Shown: positions 13,223 to 27,510 of the stretch, in pieces | Layout of the letters: each line of letters begins with the position of its first letter | How positions within the stretch are numbered: the first letter of the stretch is position 1 | NCBI GenBank assembly: GCA_951406725.2 | Contig: OX597839.1 | Span: forward strand, 37,076,001-37,140,000 | Origin: Octopus vulgaris | Taxonomy: Eukaryota | Length of the DNA stretch: 64,000 nt | Direction of reading: 5' to 3' | Translations under genes and position numbers: made by a program | Notes under the pieces: model-generated | The model's input: only the letters and a program-made list of their open reading frames with translations | Told to the model about the DNA's origin: nothing | Database searches by the model: none

Positions 13223-13780
13223 TACAGGTATAGTTAGTGACATCTGCGCCTTCCCGGCTTTATTTCCTCGTAACTTTCTGAAAAATGGATAATTCTTAGA
13301 AAAATTTTCAACAAATACGCTTCGGGTGGTGACAATTACGATTAATCTTTGGGATATATTGTTTTTTAAAAAATATGGGACGGGGAATAATTCATCAGAA
13401 CGTATGAGGAAACAAAGTCGAAATGTGTGAATTGTCCGACCACCGCCACCAATTTTTTTTTACCCATTTTTTAAATCAAATTCCTACATAATCTTAATGT
13501 ATACAATCTGAAATAAATTTGTAGAAAATTTCATTAAAAGGAAATAATCACTTTTCATAAAGTTATGAGGAAAGAAATCAAGGTACTCGGATTATCATAA
13601 ACTTTTCCCCTGCTTCTCCGAAAAGTACTTTTTTTTCGCAACAAATTCCCATGTACAGGTAATGTACAGCATCTAAAATGTATCTGTGAAAATTTCATTT
13701 TAAAAAAATGTATTTTTCAGAAAGTTATAAAGAAACAAAAGTCAGGGCGGAGCAAACATATCTGTAGTTAGGCCGACATA
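13223..13780. mobile_element. MITE/foldback-like element with imperfect inverted ends, related to 51185-53980
   Basis: taactttctgaaaaatggata near the left end and tttttcagaaagttat near the right end; the same module recurs in the 51-54 kb element. Confidence 0.5.
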
Positions 13781-14390
13781 TATACATTTATGTGTACGTG
13801 TGTGAACACATACATACATACAAAGATACATATATACATACATACATACATACATAATACAAAGATACATACATACATACAAAGATACATACATACATAC
13901 ATGCGCGCGCGCGTCGGATTTGTTGAGTCGTTAAAGTGTAGCACTAAATAAGTTGTTGTTCTGTCTCTTTACATCCTGAGTTCAAATCTTACCTAGGTCA
14001 ATTTTGTTTTTTTTTACTGCTTGTGGGGTCAATCAATAAATGGAATATCTACCCAGTTCTCGGGGTGGTGAATTGGTGGAATGTTAGAGATATCTTGAAA
14101 TATCCGAGTTCAATATTTGGCTTTTTCTCATCATTAAAACCATGATGAATTTGGGAAGTCCTTGAACAAATTTTCAAAGATTCAGCGGATTACCATTAGT
14201 GCCGGTATATCAGCTGGGACCAGGTCAAAAGGGGACTAAAGTTCTGTTTTATTCACCTTCTCTCTTTCTCACATGTGCACGCATGCAGACTTTCCTTTGT
14301 CCACTCTACCTTCGGTATTCAAGTACTATTGTTTCCACCTTCTTTGGCACCTATGTACATAGTATTGTGTGTGCGCGCGCGATACGCATT

Positions 14391-14445
<55 letters not shown>

Positions 14446-14523
14446 AGTATGATGAAGTGGCATTTTATGAATTTTGATTTAAATACAGCTTAATACGTTA
14501 CGAGAAATCTCTTATAACTTACC

Positions 14524-14550
<27 letters not shown>

Positions 14551-14554
<4 letters not shown>

Positions 14555-14715
14555 GAAATTTACAAAACAAACAAATGACGAAGACAGGTGTATTAGTTTA
14601 AAGCTCGGGAAGGTGAGAAAGTCTTTCATGTTTCGAGCCTACGCTCTTCAACGGAAAGGAACACGATGAAATAAACAGAGAGAATAAAAAAGCTTCAGTG
14701 GCTAGCGGTCGATCA

Positions 14716-14718
<3 letters not shown>
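14551..14718 (-). mobile_element. (TA)n-embedded element with hammerhead-like motif (family H4, copy 2)
   Basis: Minus strand 14658-14623 reads cttt CCGTTGA a GAGC gtag GCTC GAAA cat g aaag; homologous to 1820-1977. Confidence 0.55.
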
Positions 14719-14791
<73 letters not shown>

Positions 14792-14795
14792 TATA

Positions 14796-15025
14796 TACCG
14801 GAGTAAACACATAAATGTGAAACAAGGTGGAAAAAAGAGTACTCAAATACCAGTGGTAGAGTAATATACTTTATTTAAAGCAGCAGAAAATTCAACAAAA
14901 CCTGTTACTCTGAGTTTCCCGTTGCCGTTCATCGGACAGTTTTTGCTAGCAAAAACTGTCCGATGAACGGCAACGGAAAACTCAGAGTAACAGGTTTTGT
15001 TGAATTTTCTGCTGCTTTAAATAAA

Positions 15026-15030
<5 letters not shown>
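14796..15030. mobile_element. Palindromic Penelope-like pLTR derivative with hammerhead motif (family H1, copy 1)
   Basis: 166-bp palindrome 14865-15030 with one mismatch, apex gct|agc at 14947/14948; (TA)n on both sides; second copy at 59741. Confidence 0.75.
14896..14945 (-). ncRNA. Minimal type-I hammerhead-ribozyme-like motif (U4C variant)
   Basis: caaaaactgt CCGATGA acg gcaa cgg GAAA ctcagag TA acaggttttg: stem I, short GCAA-capped stem II, near-palindromic stem III ACTC-A-GAGT, GUA site. Confidence 0.55.
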
Positions 15031-15108
<78 letters not shown>

Positions 15109-16559
15109 TCATCCTGACGAAAACTCCTCATATCCTATATATATGTATATTTATATATGTGTGTGTGTATATGTATATGTGTGTGTGTATATATACACAT
15201 ACATACATACAGTTATAGTATATTCAATTTTTTTTCAATTATGCACATCCTACAAAGAACAGGCGCTGGTATAGCTATGTGTGTTTAACAAGTTCACGGT
15301 TTCGGCTTATGTCCCAGTCCATACTACTTGGGACAATTGTGTCTGGGGCCATAATAGAAGACTTTTGTCTTCTATTATGACCCCAGATCAACCAGTGCCT
15401 CTTGGGTGAATTTAGTAGACGGAAACTGTATGGAAGCCCATCGTATGTGCGCATGCGTGTATTTGTTAATTCCTATACCGCTTGACTTAAAATGAGTTAT
15501 GGAGTCGATTTGTTCAACCAAGCCTACAACACGGTGCAATATTTGGAAAGCATGTGTACACACATACAAGCACACGGACGCACACACACATGCAGTATGG
15601 CCAAATGGTTAAGAAGGCGGCTTTGCAATTATCAAATCTCGGGGTTGCATCTTGGACAAGTATCTTTGTCTTTTGCTTAAGATAGAAAGAAAACTCAGCG
15701 GGTGTATTGTATCTAATTTAAATGTCCAGTCCCTGTCACACTGAAAATTGCATTCAGGGTACTTCAGTGTACAAGTGTCCTAATAATACTCAGCCATTTA
15801 CATGTTCATTAAGTGAGAGGGTAGTTTAGATGATCGAACAATTGAACACTTTGCCAGAAACATGAACCTAGATCCGTTTATTTAGACACACATATACACG
15901 TGCGCGCGACACAGAGTTCAATATGCTCCGGAATTGTCAAATACATGCTTCAGTTTTTCTAAAGTTGAATAGAATAAATCAAATAATGGTGAATACCCAC
16001 GATAAACAAAATAAACAATAGCATTAAAACGTAATAAATAAAATGTCAAATATTTTGGTACGTGCCTTTTGGCCCACCATGAGCATATGACTACATACAC
16101 ACACTCTCTCTGTCTCTCTCTCTAACTCACTCATTCACTCAGACAAGGATGTGCCCAGAAATACCAATACATGTGTCTTTGTGTTAGCTTCTACGCGAGT
16201 GTATGTGATAAAACAGCTGATGTTACAAACGGTTAGGAAACCGTTTGTAACATCAGCTGAAATACAGAGTTGTAAGATATCGCAGTGCACTGTTGTGACG
16301 TGATGTAATTGATTGTTCTGTAGTATGGTCTAGCGTGGTGCAGAATGATGTTGTGGTATAGGGCGCTGTGGTGTTGTGCAGTGGGATGCAGTGCCGTCCT
16401 TTAAGGCATACACACACTGAACATTTGCCCAAAGGCCTCAAGAATCAAATGGCGGTGTAGTTCTGTTCTGTTGTGATGTAGTGTGACGCTCTGTTGTGGT
16501 GTGGTATTGTGTAATGTAGTGTTGCTGTTGTTGTATTATATGGTGGTGTTGTGTACTGA

Positions 16560-16878
16560 AGGCCAGGGTATTCGGCTCACGATCGCAACGTTGTGAGTTC
16601 GATTCCCGACGACGCATTGTATCCTTGAGCAAGACTCTTTACTTCACGTTGCTAGTTAAAAAAATATCCACACAGCTGGTTTAAAATGAGTAGTACTTGT
16701 ATTTCGAAGGACCGGTCTTGTTATATCCTCTGTCGAGCTAAATCTCCCTGAGAATTACATTAAATACACGCATGTCTGTGGAGTGCTCAGCCATTTGCAC
16801 GTTAATTTCCCAATCAGGCCGTTCTGTTGATCGGATCAACTGAAACCCTCGTCGTCGTAGCCGACGGAGCGTCACCGT
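16560..16878 (+). mobile_element. SINE family G (tRNA-derived, CORE-like)
   Basis: gagttcgattccc B-box then tccttgagcaagac; related copies at 7340-7430 (-), 15590-15880, 33790-33990, 58245-58520. Confidence 0.7.
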
Positions 16879-16915
16879 TATGTCGTGAAGTGTGATATAA
16901 TGTAATGTTGTATAC

Positions 16916-17117
16916 CAGTGGTTTTCAACCAGGGTTCCGCCAGTACAGTCCAGGGTTTCCGCAAGAAGTTACAAAACTGTTAAAATCGGCAGTAATTTTT
17001 TAATTTTCCTGTGCAGATATGTGTGCATAAGACTATTAAATTATTGCCCAGGGGTTCCTCGAGCCAGTGGAATGATTCCTTGGGGTTCCGCTCCAGCAAA
17101 AAGGTTGAAAAGCACTG
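16916..17117. mobile_element. hAT (Charlie/Buster-like) MITE
   Basis: TIR cagtggttttcaacc / ggttgaaaagcactg; 8-bp TSD ttgtatac (16908-16915) / gtgtatac (17118-17125). Confidence 0.9.
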
Positions 17118-17352
17118 GTGTATACTGTAGTTTTATTTATGTTGTTCCCACTTCATTCTTGTTGCTTGTTGCTATTGTTTTTAATTATACCCTCAGATTT
17201 GAAGACACTGTTGTTGTAGTGGTTGTTGTTTAACCTCAGTTCAGCCCTGAGAGAACAAACAAATACCGATCGTTCAGTCATAGCAAACCCATCTTTATAG
17301 GAGTTGTAAGATCATACATGTTATCTAATGTGTCTTTTTCTTTCTCAAGACA

Positions 17353-17580
17353 GTGAGCTGGAAGAAACGTTAGCACGCCGGGCGAAATGCCTGGCGGTAT
17401 TTCGTCAGCCGTTACGTTCTGAGTTCAAATTCCGCCGAGGTCGACTTTGCCTTTCATCCTTTCGGGGTCGATTAAATAAGTACCAGTAAATCACTGTGGT
17501 CGATATAATCGACTTAATCCCCTTGCCTGTCCTTGTTTGTCCCTTCTATGTTTAGCCCCCTGTGGGCAATAAAGAAATAG
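17353..17580 (+). mobile_element. SINE family B
   Basis: Near-identical to 6697-6925. Confidence 0.9.
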
Positions 17581-18115
17581 ATATTTAGACTGAGTGGTTG
17601 GAAGTGTTGTTAGGATGGGGTCGTTGTAGATTTTATCTGTCTACATCAACAGGAAATGTACCTATGTCTTTAGGTCACTAGGTCGTGCAATTACCTTTGT
17701 GGAATGAGCCAATGAGAGAGGCTTTTATCTGGTAACCTGATCTCCTAGAAACACCAGCTAAATCTCTTTAAAATTACATCCTGTCATCTTAAACAAAGTA
17801 CACAATGTACTTCTAGACATGTAAAACGGGTGGACTGATCATGACTGGAATGTGTTTAATCATGGGTCAGATGGATCAGTGGTGACCTGTGGTTAAATGC
17901 CAATAACAAAGCTAGTTTAGATAACAGTAACAGAGCTAGTTGTTGCAATACTGAAAGGGTGAATGGTTGTTGGGAAAATAAAAATATATAATGTGCTGTG
18001 TTTGTAATAATAGAATTTGGTAGGTGTATGGTCACATGAACAAACACAAACACATTTATGTGTGTATTTGCATATAAAAATTATGAATACATCTCCATAT
18101 ATGTAATAAATACAT

Positions 18116-18149
<34 letters not shown>

Positions 18150-18324
18150 TTATACATATATATTCATACATAACATATATATAAAATACATATGTACATA
18201 CACATACATACATACACATATATATATATATATATATATGTGTATATATGTATATATACAGACATACATATACACACAGACATATATATACACATACTTA
18301 TATACATATATATATGTGTGTGTG

Positions 18325-18364
<40 letters not shown>

Positions 18365-19226
18365 ATATATATATGCATGTATACATATATGTATATGTAT
18401 ATAAATACATATATACATATTTAAAAGGCATATATGTTTCTATACATGAATATAAACATACCTACATAGAAATTCGTAACACACACATGCATATATATAT
18501 AAATACAGATATATGTATATGTACACAGAAATGCATACACACAGAAAAACATTCATGCATATATGCATACAGAAAGATTCATATAGACACTTAGGCTCAT
18601 CTACATACATTTAGAAACATTCATACACTACCCTACATCCACATAAGCATATACACATACATTCACACATACATACACACCACAAACACAAACACACACA
18701 CACATATATATATACTTAAATGACAATAACTTGTCAAAACGGAAGGGAAAATATGAAAGTCCATAATGATATTTCCAGTGTGAGATCATTATTTTAATTT
18801 GCAATTTCAATATGACAGTCTCAAGTAGAGAAATTAATTTTCTCACTGATCAATAGATGGCGCTTTATGTGTGTTGACTGCAATGAACGATGGCGACAAT
18901 TGCAATAAATATTTTAAAGTTTTCACTGACATTATTATTAACTAAACTATAAATCTAAGCTACAAAAGATAACATTAAGTGTAGCTAAACACAGTTCTGT
19001 AAATATCTGTTGCGTTGTGTCAACATTGACGTCTTTGCCTCTAAACAGTTGGTTCAAAGGAAAGATAACTCTAGAACCGTTATAGCGTCGAGCTGATTTT
19101 GTTTTTGTTGTTGTTGCTTAATTCCAGTTCAGCCTTGATCAAATAGACAAAACCTATATTTAGAAACCTTCTTGTTTTTTTTGTAAAATAGTATATTTAA
19201 GACTACACTGTCCAATGTGGTCATGT

Positions 19227-19392
19227 TTAACCCTTTCGTTACCAACCCGGCTGAAACCGGCGCTGGCTCTGAGTACAAATGTCTTGTTTTCATAAGATTT
19301 GAATTAAAATCTTCCACCAAACCTTTATGTTCCTAACACTAGCTGAATGATGACTAAGTTATTTTACTAAATTCTTTATTATATTTAAAGTA
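19227..19392. mobile_element. piggyBac-type MITE, one-ended fragment
   Basis: ttaa-ccctttcgttacc end; reverse complement of the right half of 62171-62391. Confidence 0.75.
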
Positions 19393-19684
19393 ATGCTTTT
19401 AATTTACTGGCGGAGTTAGCCTTTAGATAATAAAAATTGTTATCATACAAGAAATACTTGTCACAAAAAATTGTAAAAAAAATCGCTGTGGACAACCACA
19501 GTAATGAAAACTTGGGAATCTAAAATTTCAGGATTGTGGGTCTGGATTTGGCCCAGAATGTTTTTAATTTACTCATGGAGTCAGCCTGATTCCAAAATGG
19601 TATGATATGTTGGGCTACGGCCTCTAGGAGTAAAATTGAAAAAGTGTGACACACTGACATTCACATTTATTATATTATATCATG

Positions 19685-19900
19685 GTAGTAAGCTGGCAGA
19701 ATCACTAGCATGCTGGGTGAAATGCTTAGTGGTATTTCGTCTGCCGTTAGGTTTTGAGTTCGAATTCCGCCAAAGTCAACTTTGACTTTTATCCTTTTGG
19801 AGTCGATAAAATTAGTACCAGTTATGCACTGGGGTTGATGTAATCAACTTAATCCCTTCCCCCAAAATTTGAGGCCTTGTGCTTCCAGGAGAAAGGATTT
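19685..19900 (+). mobile_element. SINE family B (alternative tail)
   Basis: Family B head and core; flanked by about 45-bp direct repeats ttgaaaa.gtgtgac..ctgacattcacattt. Confidence 0.8.
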
Positions 19901-20513
19901 ATTAAAGTTGAAAATGTGTGACGCCTGACATTCACATTTATTATATTAGATGTATTTAATTTTGGGGAAACTTTATTTCAATTAAAGTGTATTTATGTGT
20001 GTGTGTGTGTGTGCGTATTAAAGAAAGCAAAAATGAGAGTGTTCAGTATGCTGGTTCAGTATGTTGGCCACAGGAATTTGTCAAAGAGACATGGTTAAAC
20101 AAAGTTATACATTATCTCCCTCTTTCACTCTCTCTTATTATTACTCCCACTGCCACCATCAACACTATTATTTTTAATAAAACATCATCAACTCTCCCTA
20201 AATTTCTTTGTCTCTCTTTCTCCCCCTCACTTTTCTCTCTCTCTCTGTCTTCACCACCACCCTTACCTTCTATATGCCTACTATTACTCTCATTTCATCA
20301 TGAGGAATAGTAGAAGTATCATTGAATAGCGAGAGAGGGAATCAAAGTGTAACACACTGACACACAGAAATTAGTTTTTGCATTTATTATATTAGATGTG
20401 TGTGTGTGTATGTTTGTTTGTGTGTGCGTGTGTGGGGGGACTTCTTTTAGGTTTTGTGTAGCAATTCCACTCACAAAGCTTTGGTCAACTCAAGGCTACG
20501 GTAGAACACACCT

Positions 20514-20743
20514 ATTTCTTTATTACCCACAAGGGGCTAAACATAGAGGGGACAAACAAGGACAGACATAGGTATTAAGTCGATTACATCGACCCCCAGT
20601 GCGTAACTGGTACTTAATTTATCGACCCCGAAAGGATGAAAGGCAAAGTCGACCTCGGCGGAATTTTGAACTCAAAACGTAACGGCAGACGAAATACCGC
20701 TAAGCATTTCGCCCGGCGTGCTAACGTTTCTGCCAGCTCGCCA
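20514..20743 (-). mobile_element. SINE family B inserted in an old family A copy
   Basis: 18-bp TSD cta(c/t)ggtagaacacacct at 20496-20513 and 20744-20761. Confidence 0.92.
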
Positions 20744-21531
20744 CTATGGTAGAACACACCTGCCCGCAAAATGTTACTCGGAGAGACTGAACACGGAATT
20801 GTGTGGCTGCAAAACAGACTTCTTAATCACACAGCCATGACTAAATAAATAAATAAATAAATAAATAAAAAGCAGGTTTCATTTTACTCACATTTCTGCA
20901 TAACTGAAACTCAACCTAAGATTTAATTCCATTTTCTTCCCAATACAAACACGCCATCTTTCCGCAGTAACAACAACACAAATAAGAACAACAACAACCA
21001 TTTGTGTGATTAACAGAAGTTAATCAGCGAGGAGCTGTTTGCACTGTCTTTTTGTCATTTTTGTTATAGAAACAATGTTTAATGGTTGTTGTTGTTGTTC
21101 TTGTTGTTGTTGCTGTTTTCCAGGTTTTATCTATTTTTTTCTTTTTATTCCTTCAGTACAAACTCTCTCCTCTCCTCAATTGAAATATTTAATCATGATA
21201 TAGTAAAAACAAAAGCAGAAAGATAATAATAATAATAATAATAATAATAATATGGAATTCATGACACACAGACTCCACACACACACACATGCATTCACTC
21301 ACCTAAACATGTACGCATGTGTGTATGTGTGGGTGTAAGTGTTTGTTAGGTGTGTATAATATGTGTATATACATAAGTACTAATATGTATGTAACTATAT
21401 ATATATGTGTGTACACATATATACATGTGTGTATGCATATATATATATATGTGTGTGCGTATAAGTATATAAATGCGAATACATTTCACTTGCAAGTGTG
21501 GGGTTAATGCAGGCATGGTTGTGCCGTTAAG

Positions 21532-21761
21532 GTGGCGAGCTGGCAGAAACGTTAGCACACCGTGCGAAATGCTTAGCGGTATTTTGTCTGCCGTTACGTT
21601 CTGAGTTCAAATTCCGCCGAGGTCGACTTTGCCTTTCATCCTTTTGGGGTCTATAAATTAAGTACCAGTTACGCACTGGGGTCGATGTAATCAACTTAAT
21701 ACCTATGTCTCTCCTTGTTTGTCCCCTCTATGTTTAGCCCCTTGTGGGCAATAAAGAAATA
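21532..21761 (+). mobile_element. SINE family B inserted in the head of an old family A copy (21510-22075)
   Basis: 15-bp TSD ggttgtgccgttaag at 21517-21531 and 21762-21776. Confidence 0.92.
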
Positions 21762-23116
21762 GGTTGTGCCGTTAAGAAGTTCACTTCAAAACCATGTAGC
21801 TTCTGAGTTCAGTTTCCTTGAGTTGCACTTTGAGTAAATATCCCTGGGCCAACCAATGCTTTGTGAGTGAATTTGGAAGATGGAAACTGTGGGGAAGGTT
21901 ATTGTATATATGTATGAGAAAGTGTGGCTTTGTGTTCGTTTGCCCTACCGTTTAACAATAGGGGTTGGTTTGTTTGTGTCCTGCTAACTTTGTGATTCAG
22001 CTGTTCAATGAAACCATTCAAGGCAGTGCCCCAGAATGGCCACAGTCCAATGATTGAAACAAGTAAAAGGATGTTAAATGATGATGCTAATGATATATAC
22101 CAACACAGCATAATTCTGAATATGTATGTATACAGAAATTATATACACTCAGCTTAATAAAAAGTATATAAACTCAGCGTGGGAATATCAGCCATGAATA
22201 ACCCACCCCACACAAGTTTCACCAGTTAAAAGTGAGGATTATTCCACTAGTTTTACCTTTCTTAATTCTCATCAGAGTTCACTTACCTCCCTTTTACATT
22301 GTTGAGGTTAATGATGTAGTCAAGATATTTACATTAATGTCTGCAATGTGATATCAGCTCACTTCTCTTTGACAAGCATATCTGTAGCATAATTATGTTG
22401 TATTTTTTTTATTGATGTGCAGGATTCATTTATAAATGGAATTGCACAGTATATTATTACACAGTTTATATTGATATTCTTCTACTTTAAACCCAAACTT
22501 GCTTCAATAGGGAGGATGGCTTCTTACTCTAAATATTGTCTAATGAGTGTTTGTGTTGCACATATAAGGTTTTGAAAAGCCAACACAATGCCCAAACATT
22601 AGTTTCTGTATTTCCATGACAACAGCACTCAATTTCTCACCAATTAGACTCCATTCACAGGGACCACAAGTTGGAATAATTTACCATTGCAAGCAGTGGA
22701 ACCAAAGGGAAAATAGCTTGGCGTTCTGATATCTCTGGGGGAACATGTCAACCCCCATCTTCCCCTTGAGATCTTTGACCACAGTAGAAGCCCTAACCAT
22801 TTAGCGCTACTTTCAATTCTATCCCCATAATCCAGAGCAGGCATCAGCTTGATTTTCCTTTTGAGGCATTGTTATTGTTACAGAGCAATTAAATAGTATC
22901 TAAGCAACCACTGCATCTGTTAGAAACATCAGTCAAATCTCCCTCAAATTATACCTTACTGTCTTTTAAAAAAAAAAAAGTGGAAGGTTACATTTGATAC
23001 AGTCAAGTCAAATGCTTTATGTTTGAAAACGAAATATATGGAATGGCCATAGCTGGAACACTTTTAATCACAGGTCTGCTAGATCAAGGCTGATCTAAAT
23101 GGGAGGGTGCACGGTT

Positions 23117-23343
23117 TGACCCTTTAAAATTCAGATTATTCTGTCAAATGTAATGCTTGTTTATTCACATGGTTTTGAATTAACCATGCATCATCTTGTA
23201 TCTTTGAGATTTTGAGGGTGTGATTCTTTCTTTTTAGAATGACATTGTATGGTAGGTGCAAAAGGCTGGAGCTGGTCAGTTTGAATATGAAATAGGTAGA
23301 ATATCTGGGCCACATCTGACCAGTTCAAATGATAAAGGGTTGA
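23117..23343. mobile_element. Degraded piggyBac-type MITE (second family)
   Basis: ttga-cccttta ... taaaggg-ttga ends; homologous sequence at about 33990-34190. Confidence 0.55.
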
Positions 23344-24034
23344 ACAACAACTTGTTCCATTCTCCCCCCACAGGAACATATTTACAAATTCTAACTCAAT
23401 AGAGATAGAATTAGTTCCATGTTTTAAGAGTTGAAATAAATAACATACATAATAACTAAAACTCTTCAAAGGTGTACTCCAGTATGGCCACAGTCTACTG
23501 ACTAAAAAGGAGAGCAAAAGAAATATGTTATATCTAAAATTTGCTGATATCAAAAAATGATAACCCACCAGTCCAAAATTAATAATGATAGATCATCATC
23601 CAGACTTTATAAAGCAATCATTAATCAATAAAATGATGTTGATTAGTGAATTAATTAGTAATCATGTAGAAGATATTTGCTTATCTAAAATTATGGTCTT
23701 GTTTTATGTCTTTAATTACCGCATTCGCTAATTAGATTAACCAAGACTATTCGTTAACTGAGATAATTTATCAATTTATCTACCAGTCATTAATAAAAGA
23801 TTTTATATATATTTCAGTCTCATTACGGTTGTTCACAGAGTTTCTCAGTTCAGCCGTTCGCTCTTGATGATATTTCCTGGTTTCCTTTTGATTTCCAATC
23901 CTGTTTGAGGCAATCTACAAACATCGTACTAGGACTCTGATGTCACACTGATGCGATGTGACATCATTCAGATATGATTGAGCTCTATTTCATGTGCTTC
24001 TGGTTCACCAAGCTTCTTTCTTTCTGTTTCCTTT

Positions 24035-24068
<34 letters not shown>

Positions 24069-24071
<3 letters not shown>

Positions 24072-24445
24072 TTGCGTCAGAAATTAATTAGCACTTCTCA
24101 AATTTCTACATTAAATAGGTTAAATCAATTAACCTATGAGCTGTTCAAAACGTCTTACGCGATGAGAAAACTTAGTATGGTGTGATTTCGGTACTTGCGA
24201 GGCGCTACCTATATCTATTAAACAAAGGAAGATTTGTCTGCATCCGCACTCCAAGTTGTTGCACTGCAATGTCAACATCATAAGGCTGTAGACTCTCAAA
24301 CCGCTCTGCAAACAAAGTTACGTCATCGTTCTGCGCAACAGTGAACTCGCAACAAAGCAATAGTTCGAGATATAGCCACTAGGTGACAGCACATACCTTG
24401 AGTGAAGAGAAAATCAAGGGTGCTAATTAATTTCTGATGGTAGTG
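24069..24445. mobile_element. Tc1/mariner-type MITE
   Basis: TIR cacttgcgtcagaaattaattagcac / gtgctaattaatttctgatggtagtg with TA on both sides (24067-68, 24446-47). Confidence 0.85.
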
Positions 24446-24669
24446 TACACACTTCATCTCTCAAGTTCTCTTATCCCCTCACTTCCTTCTCCATCTATTC
24501 TCTTATGATAACCTAACTATACTTATTTGAATAGGGGTGTATAGAAGGGCCCCGCATCTTTTTTTTGCATTGTATTTTTTTGCTAATAATGCTGATGTAG
24601 TAAGCCAGCTGCATTTGTTGCATAAACAGGGCATTTAGGTTCACAAGATTTATGGTGGTTAGCTTTCTG

Positions 24670-24734
24670 AAACATGTGTGTGTGTGTGTCCGTGCATGCA
24701 TGCATACATACATACACACACACACACACACCAC

Positions 24735-24765
<31 letters not shown>

Positions 24766-24931
24766 TACATACATACACACACACATACATACATACACAC
24801 ACACACCACACATACATACATACACACACACACACACCACACATACATACATACACACACACACACACCACACATACATACATACACACACCACACATAC
24901 ATACACACACACATACATACATACACACACC

Positions 24932-24963
<32 letters not shown>

Positions 24964-25050
24964 CACACATATATACATACATACACACACCACACATACA
25001 TACACACACACACATACATACATACATACGCACAAACAAACAAACAAACC
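24670..25050. repeat. (CA)n/(CATA)n compound microsatellite with recurring caccacacatacatac unit
   Basis: Direct inspection. Confidence 0.93.
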
Positions 25051-25379
25051 ATGTGAACAAATGTCTTTTTTTTTTTTTGGTATCACACATTTTTTGCTCT
25101 TTCTCTTGCATCTTGATTCTTTTCCCAACTCATTTTTTCCTCTTCATTGATAAAGGGTATCACCTGAAAAGCCAGTTTCTCTTCCGTTTATTCCTTTACT
25201 GTATTAAGCTTCATTGTACACGTCTTTCTTTGTCATTTTTTTTGCTTTTCCTTTGCATGCTTTTTCAGGCATGTACTTTTACATAAGTATAAAATGTGTA
25301 GGCACGATGAGATTTCTGCTATAATACGCTGGGATTTTTACAGGAAATTTGCTTCTGCGTGCACAGAAAATAGTTTTAA

Positions 25380-25800
25380 CCATATTGTGTGAATAGAAAT
25401 GCATGCTCTTGAAAATAATGAAGAGAGGTTGAGGGACTTCCCAATAGAAACCAAAGGAATAGAATGCAACAGGGCAGATATTTAAGTCATTGACAGGAAG
25501 AAGCTATTTCACTACAACCAATGTGGCGTGCATATTTGACACCAGAGTAGAAAGAAAGTAGAAAGAAAATGCAGAACATTAATTATGCCAACTTGAAATA
25601 TGAAATCCTCAAGTGCTGGAACAAAAGAGTTACCAGGGTCATGATACTCCTAATCTTTATAGGAGCCTTTGGAACAATAACAAAAAATCTGAGAACAAAC
25701 CTTAAAAAAAAACATGACTTAACCTGAGAGTAGATGCAATGTAGAAAGCATATATTAGGTTCAGCAACAATTATCTAAAAAGTCCTCAACTGTAATGTAA
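25380..25800 (+). pseudogene. Decayed R4/Dong-like LINE restriction-like endonuclease 3' fragment
   Basis: Translates with stops/frameshifts to LENNEERLRDFPIETKGIECNRADI*VIDRKK...YANLKYEILKCWNKRVTRVMILLIFIGAFGTITKNL...LGSATII*KVLN, matching the RPD..KY.DL..IGALG..LG..RKVL pattern. Confidence 0.8.
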
Positions 25801-26879
25801 AAACAGATATGTGGAGCAGAAAAAAATTTTTCTTCAAAAGACACAAAATGTTCTTTATTTTAGACTATAAGTTTGTGGTTCAATAGGAAATATAATGAAA
25901 CCAGACATAAAACCAATCCTGTAAAACATCAGAAAATATTAAATGCTAATAATTTCTTTCAGGAAAATATGTAAAGTGATGTCAATAAATGAAAACAGTG
26001 GTAAAAAATATAACATTACTCTGTGTAAGTTGTTTAATGATTGTATAATATTTCGGGAAAGATTCCCTTTTTCAAATAGAAGGAAATAATCAAAGAATTA
26101 GGAGAATATTATTGCTGACAGGCCATTTTAGTATGTTATGATAATTTCCTTATTAGCCACACACACACACATACACACACACACACAAATAAAATATTAC
26201 ATGTGGGTATGTATGTATAAAACCATGTTAGTGTGAACAAAAGAACGATATCACATCATCTAATAGCAAAAAGCTTAAAATATAAACTGAATCAGTAAAC
26301 CGAATTTTAAACCAAAATACCAGTAAGTAGATAGTATTAGTAATACAAAGCTCCAGCAAGATTTTTGCTATTGTTTTTTTTTTTTTTTTTCTTGTTTGTT
26401 TTGAAGTTCCAGAAAGTTCTGACTCTACGGCATAAAAAGACCAATTCGATCTGTAATAATCTGTTTGAAATATTCCAGTTGTTTTTGTGTAATGTAGGAA
26501 AAGTGAATGAAATTTATTTCTACAGCTTGCTGCTGGTGCTATTTGTTGCTGGTGCCATGAAATGGTAAAAATATTCCATTCATATTATTGTTACCAAAAA
26601 AACAAAAAATTTTTGTCTTAAAATTATTTTCGTTTCTCTTTGATTTATTTTATTTGGTTTATTTATTCGTTTATTAAATATGCCACGGAATGTCACATAT
26701 TAAAAGACATTAGTATAATTTAGTCTGGAGGTAGTATGGGGTGGATGTAGAGCAGAATGGAGAGGGGGAATGTGCATATGTGCGTCTCGAATACATGAAA
26801 GCCAGACAGACAAACATTTGTGTAATTTGGTTGCAGAAGGAGTGAAACAAAAAAAGAGAGAAGTGAGGGTGGGGGAACA

Positions 26880-27510
26880 GAGACAGACTGACTGACAGAC
26901 AGACAGGTAGAGAGGGAGGGAGAAGTAGTGTGTGTGTGTGTGTGTACCACTACATACAGACACACACATACACACACAGACAAACATATGCACACATGAG
27001 AGGTAGACAGAGAATGAGAGAGAAGAGGGGGAGAGAGAGAGGAGATAAGGAAAAAAACGTAAGAGAGAGGAGAGATAAAAAGGTAAGAGGGAGAGAGAGA
27101 GGAAGAAAAGAGAAGAGAAAGGAAAGAAAAAGAATGAGAGTAGCAAACACATGGAAGAGAGAGAGAGAGAGACAGAGAGAAGAAGAAGAAGATATAGAAT
27201 GCAGGACATATAAAGAGACACAGGAGAAAGAAAGAAGAGAGACAGAGAAAGGTGAGAGCAAGAGAAAGAGAGAGAAAGAAAGAGAGAGAGAGAGAGAGAG
27301 AATATCTGCTGTATTCATCTCTACAAAGAACCATCTGATGGCAGAATGCATCAGAAAACTTCTCTCTCTCTTCCTCTCTCTTTCTCCCTTTTTCTACTAT
27401 CCCTCAACCTTTCTCCCTCCCCATCTTATTCCACCCTCCTCTCTCTCGCTCTCTCTCACTCTCTCTCTCTCCCTCCCTCCCTCTTCCCCTATCTCACTTT
27501 CTCTCCCATC
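26880..27510. repeat. GA-rich tract followed by CT-rich tract
   Basis: Purine tract about 26990-27300, 60-bp spacer, pyrimidine tract about 27360-27510. Confidence 0.85.

Noticed and set aside
15105-15136. ctgacgaaaac between two TA tracts as another hammerhead
   Set aside because: Core and GAAA overlap with no stem II and no second copy; too short to support.
22560-22880. 66-aa minus-strand ORF in non-repetitive sequence
   Set aside because: Short, no recognisable motif or splice context; may be an old transposon fragment but unsupported.
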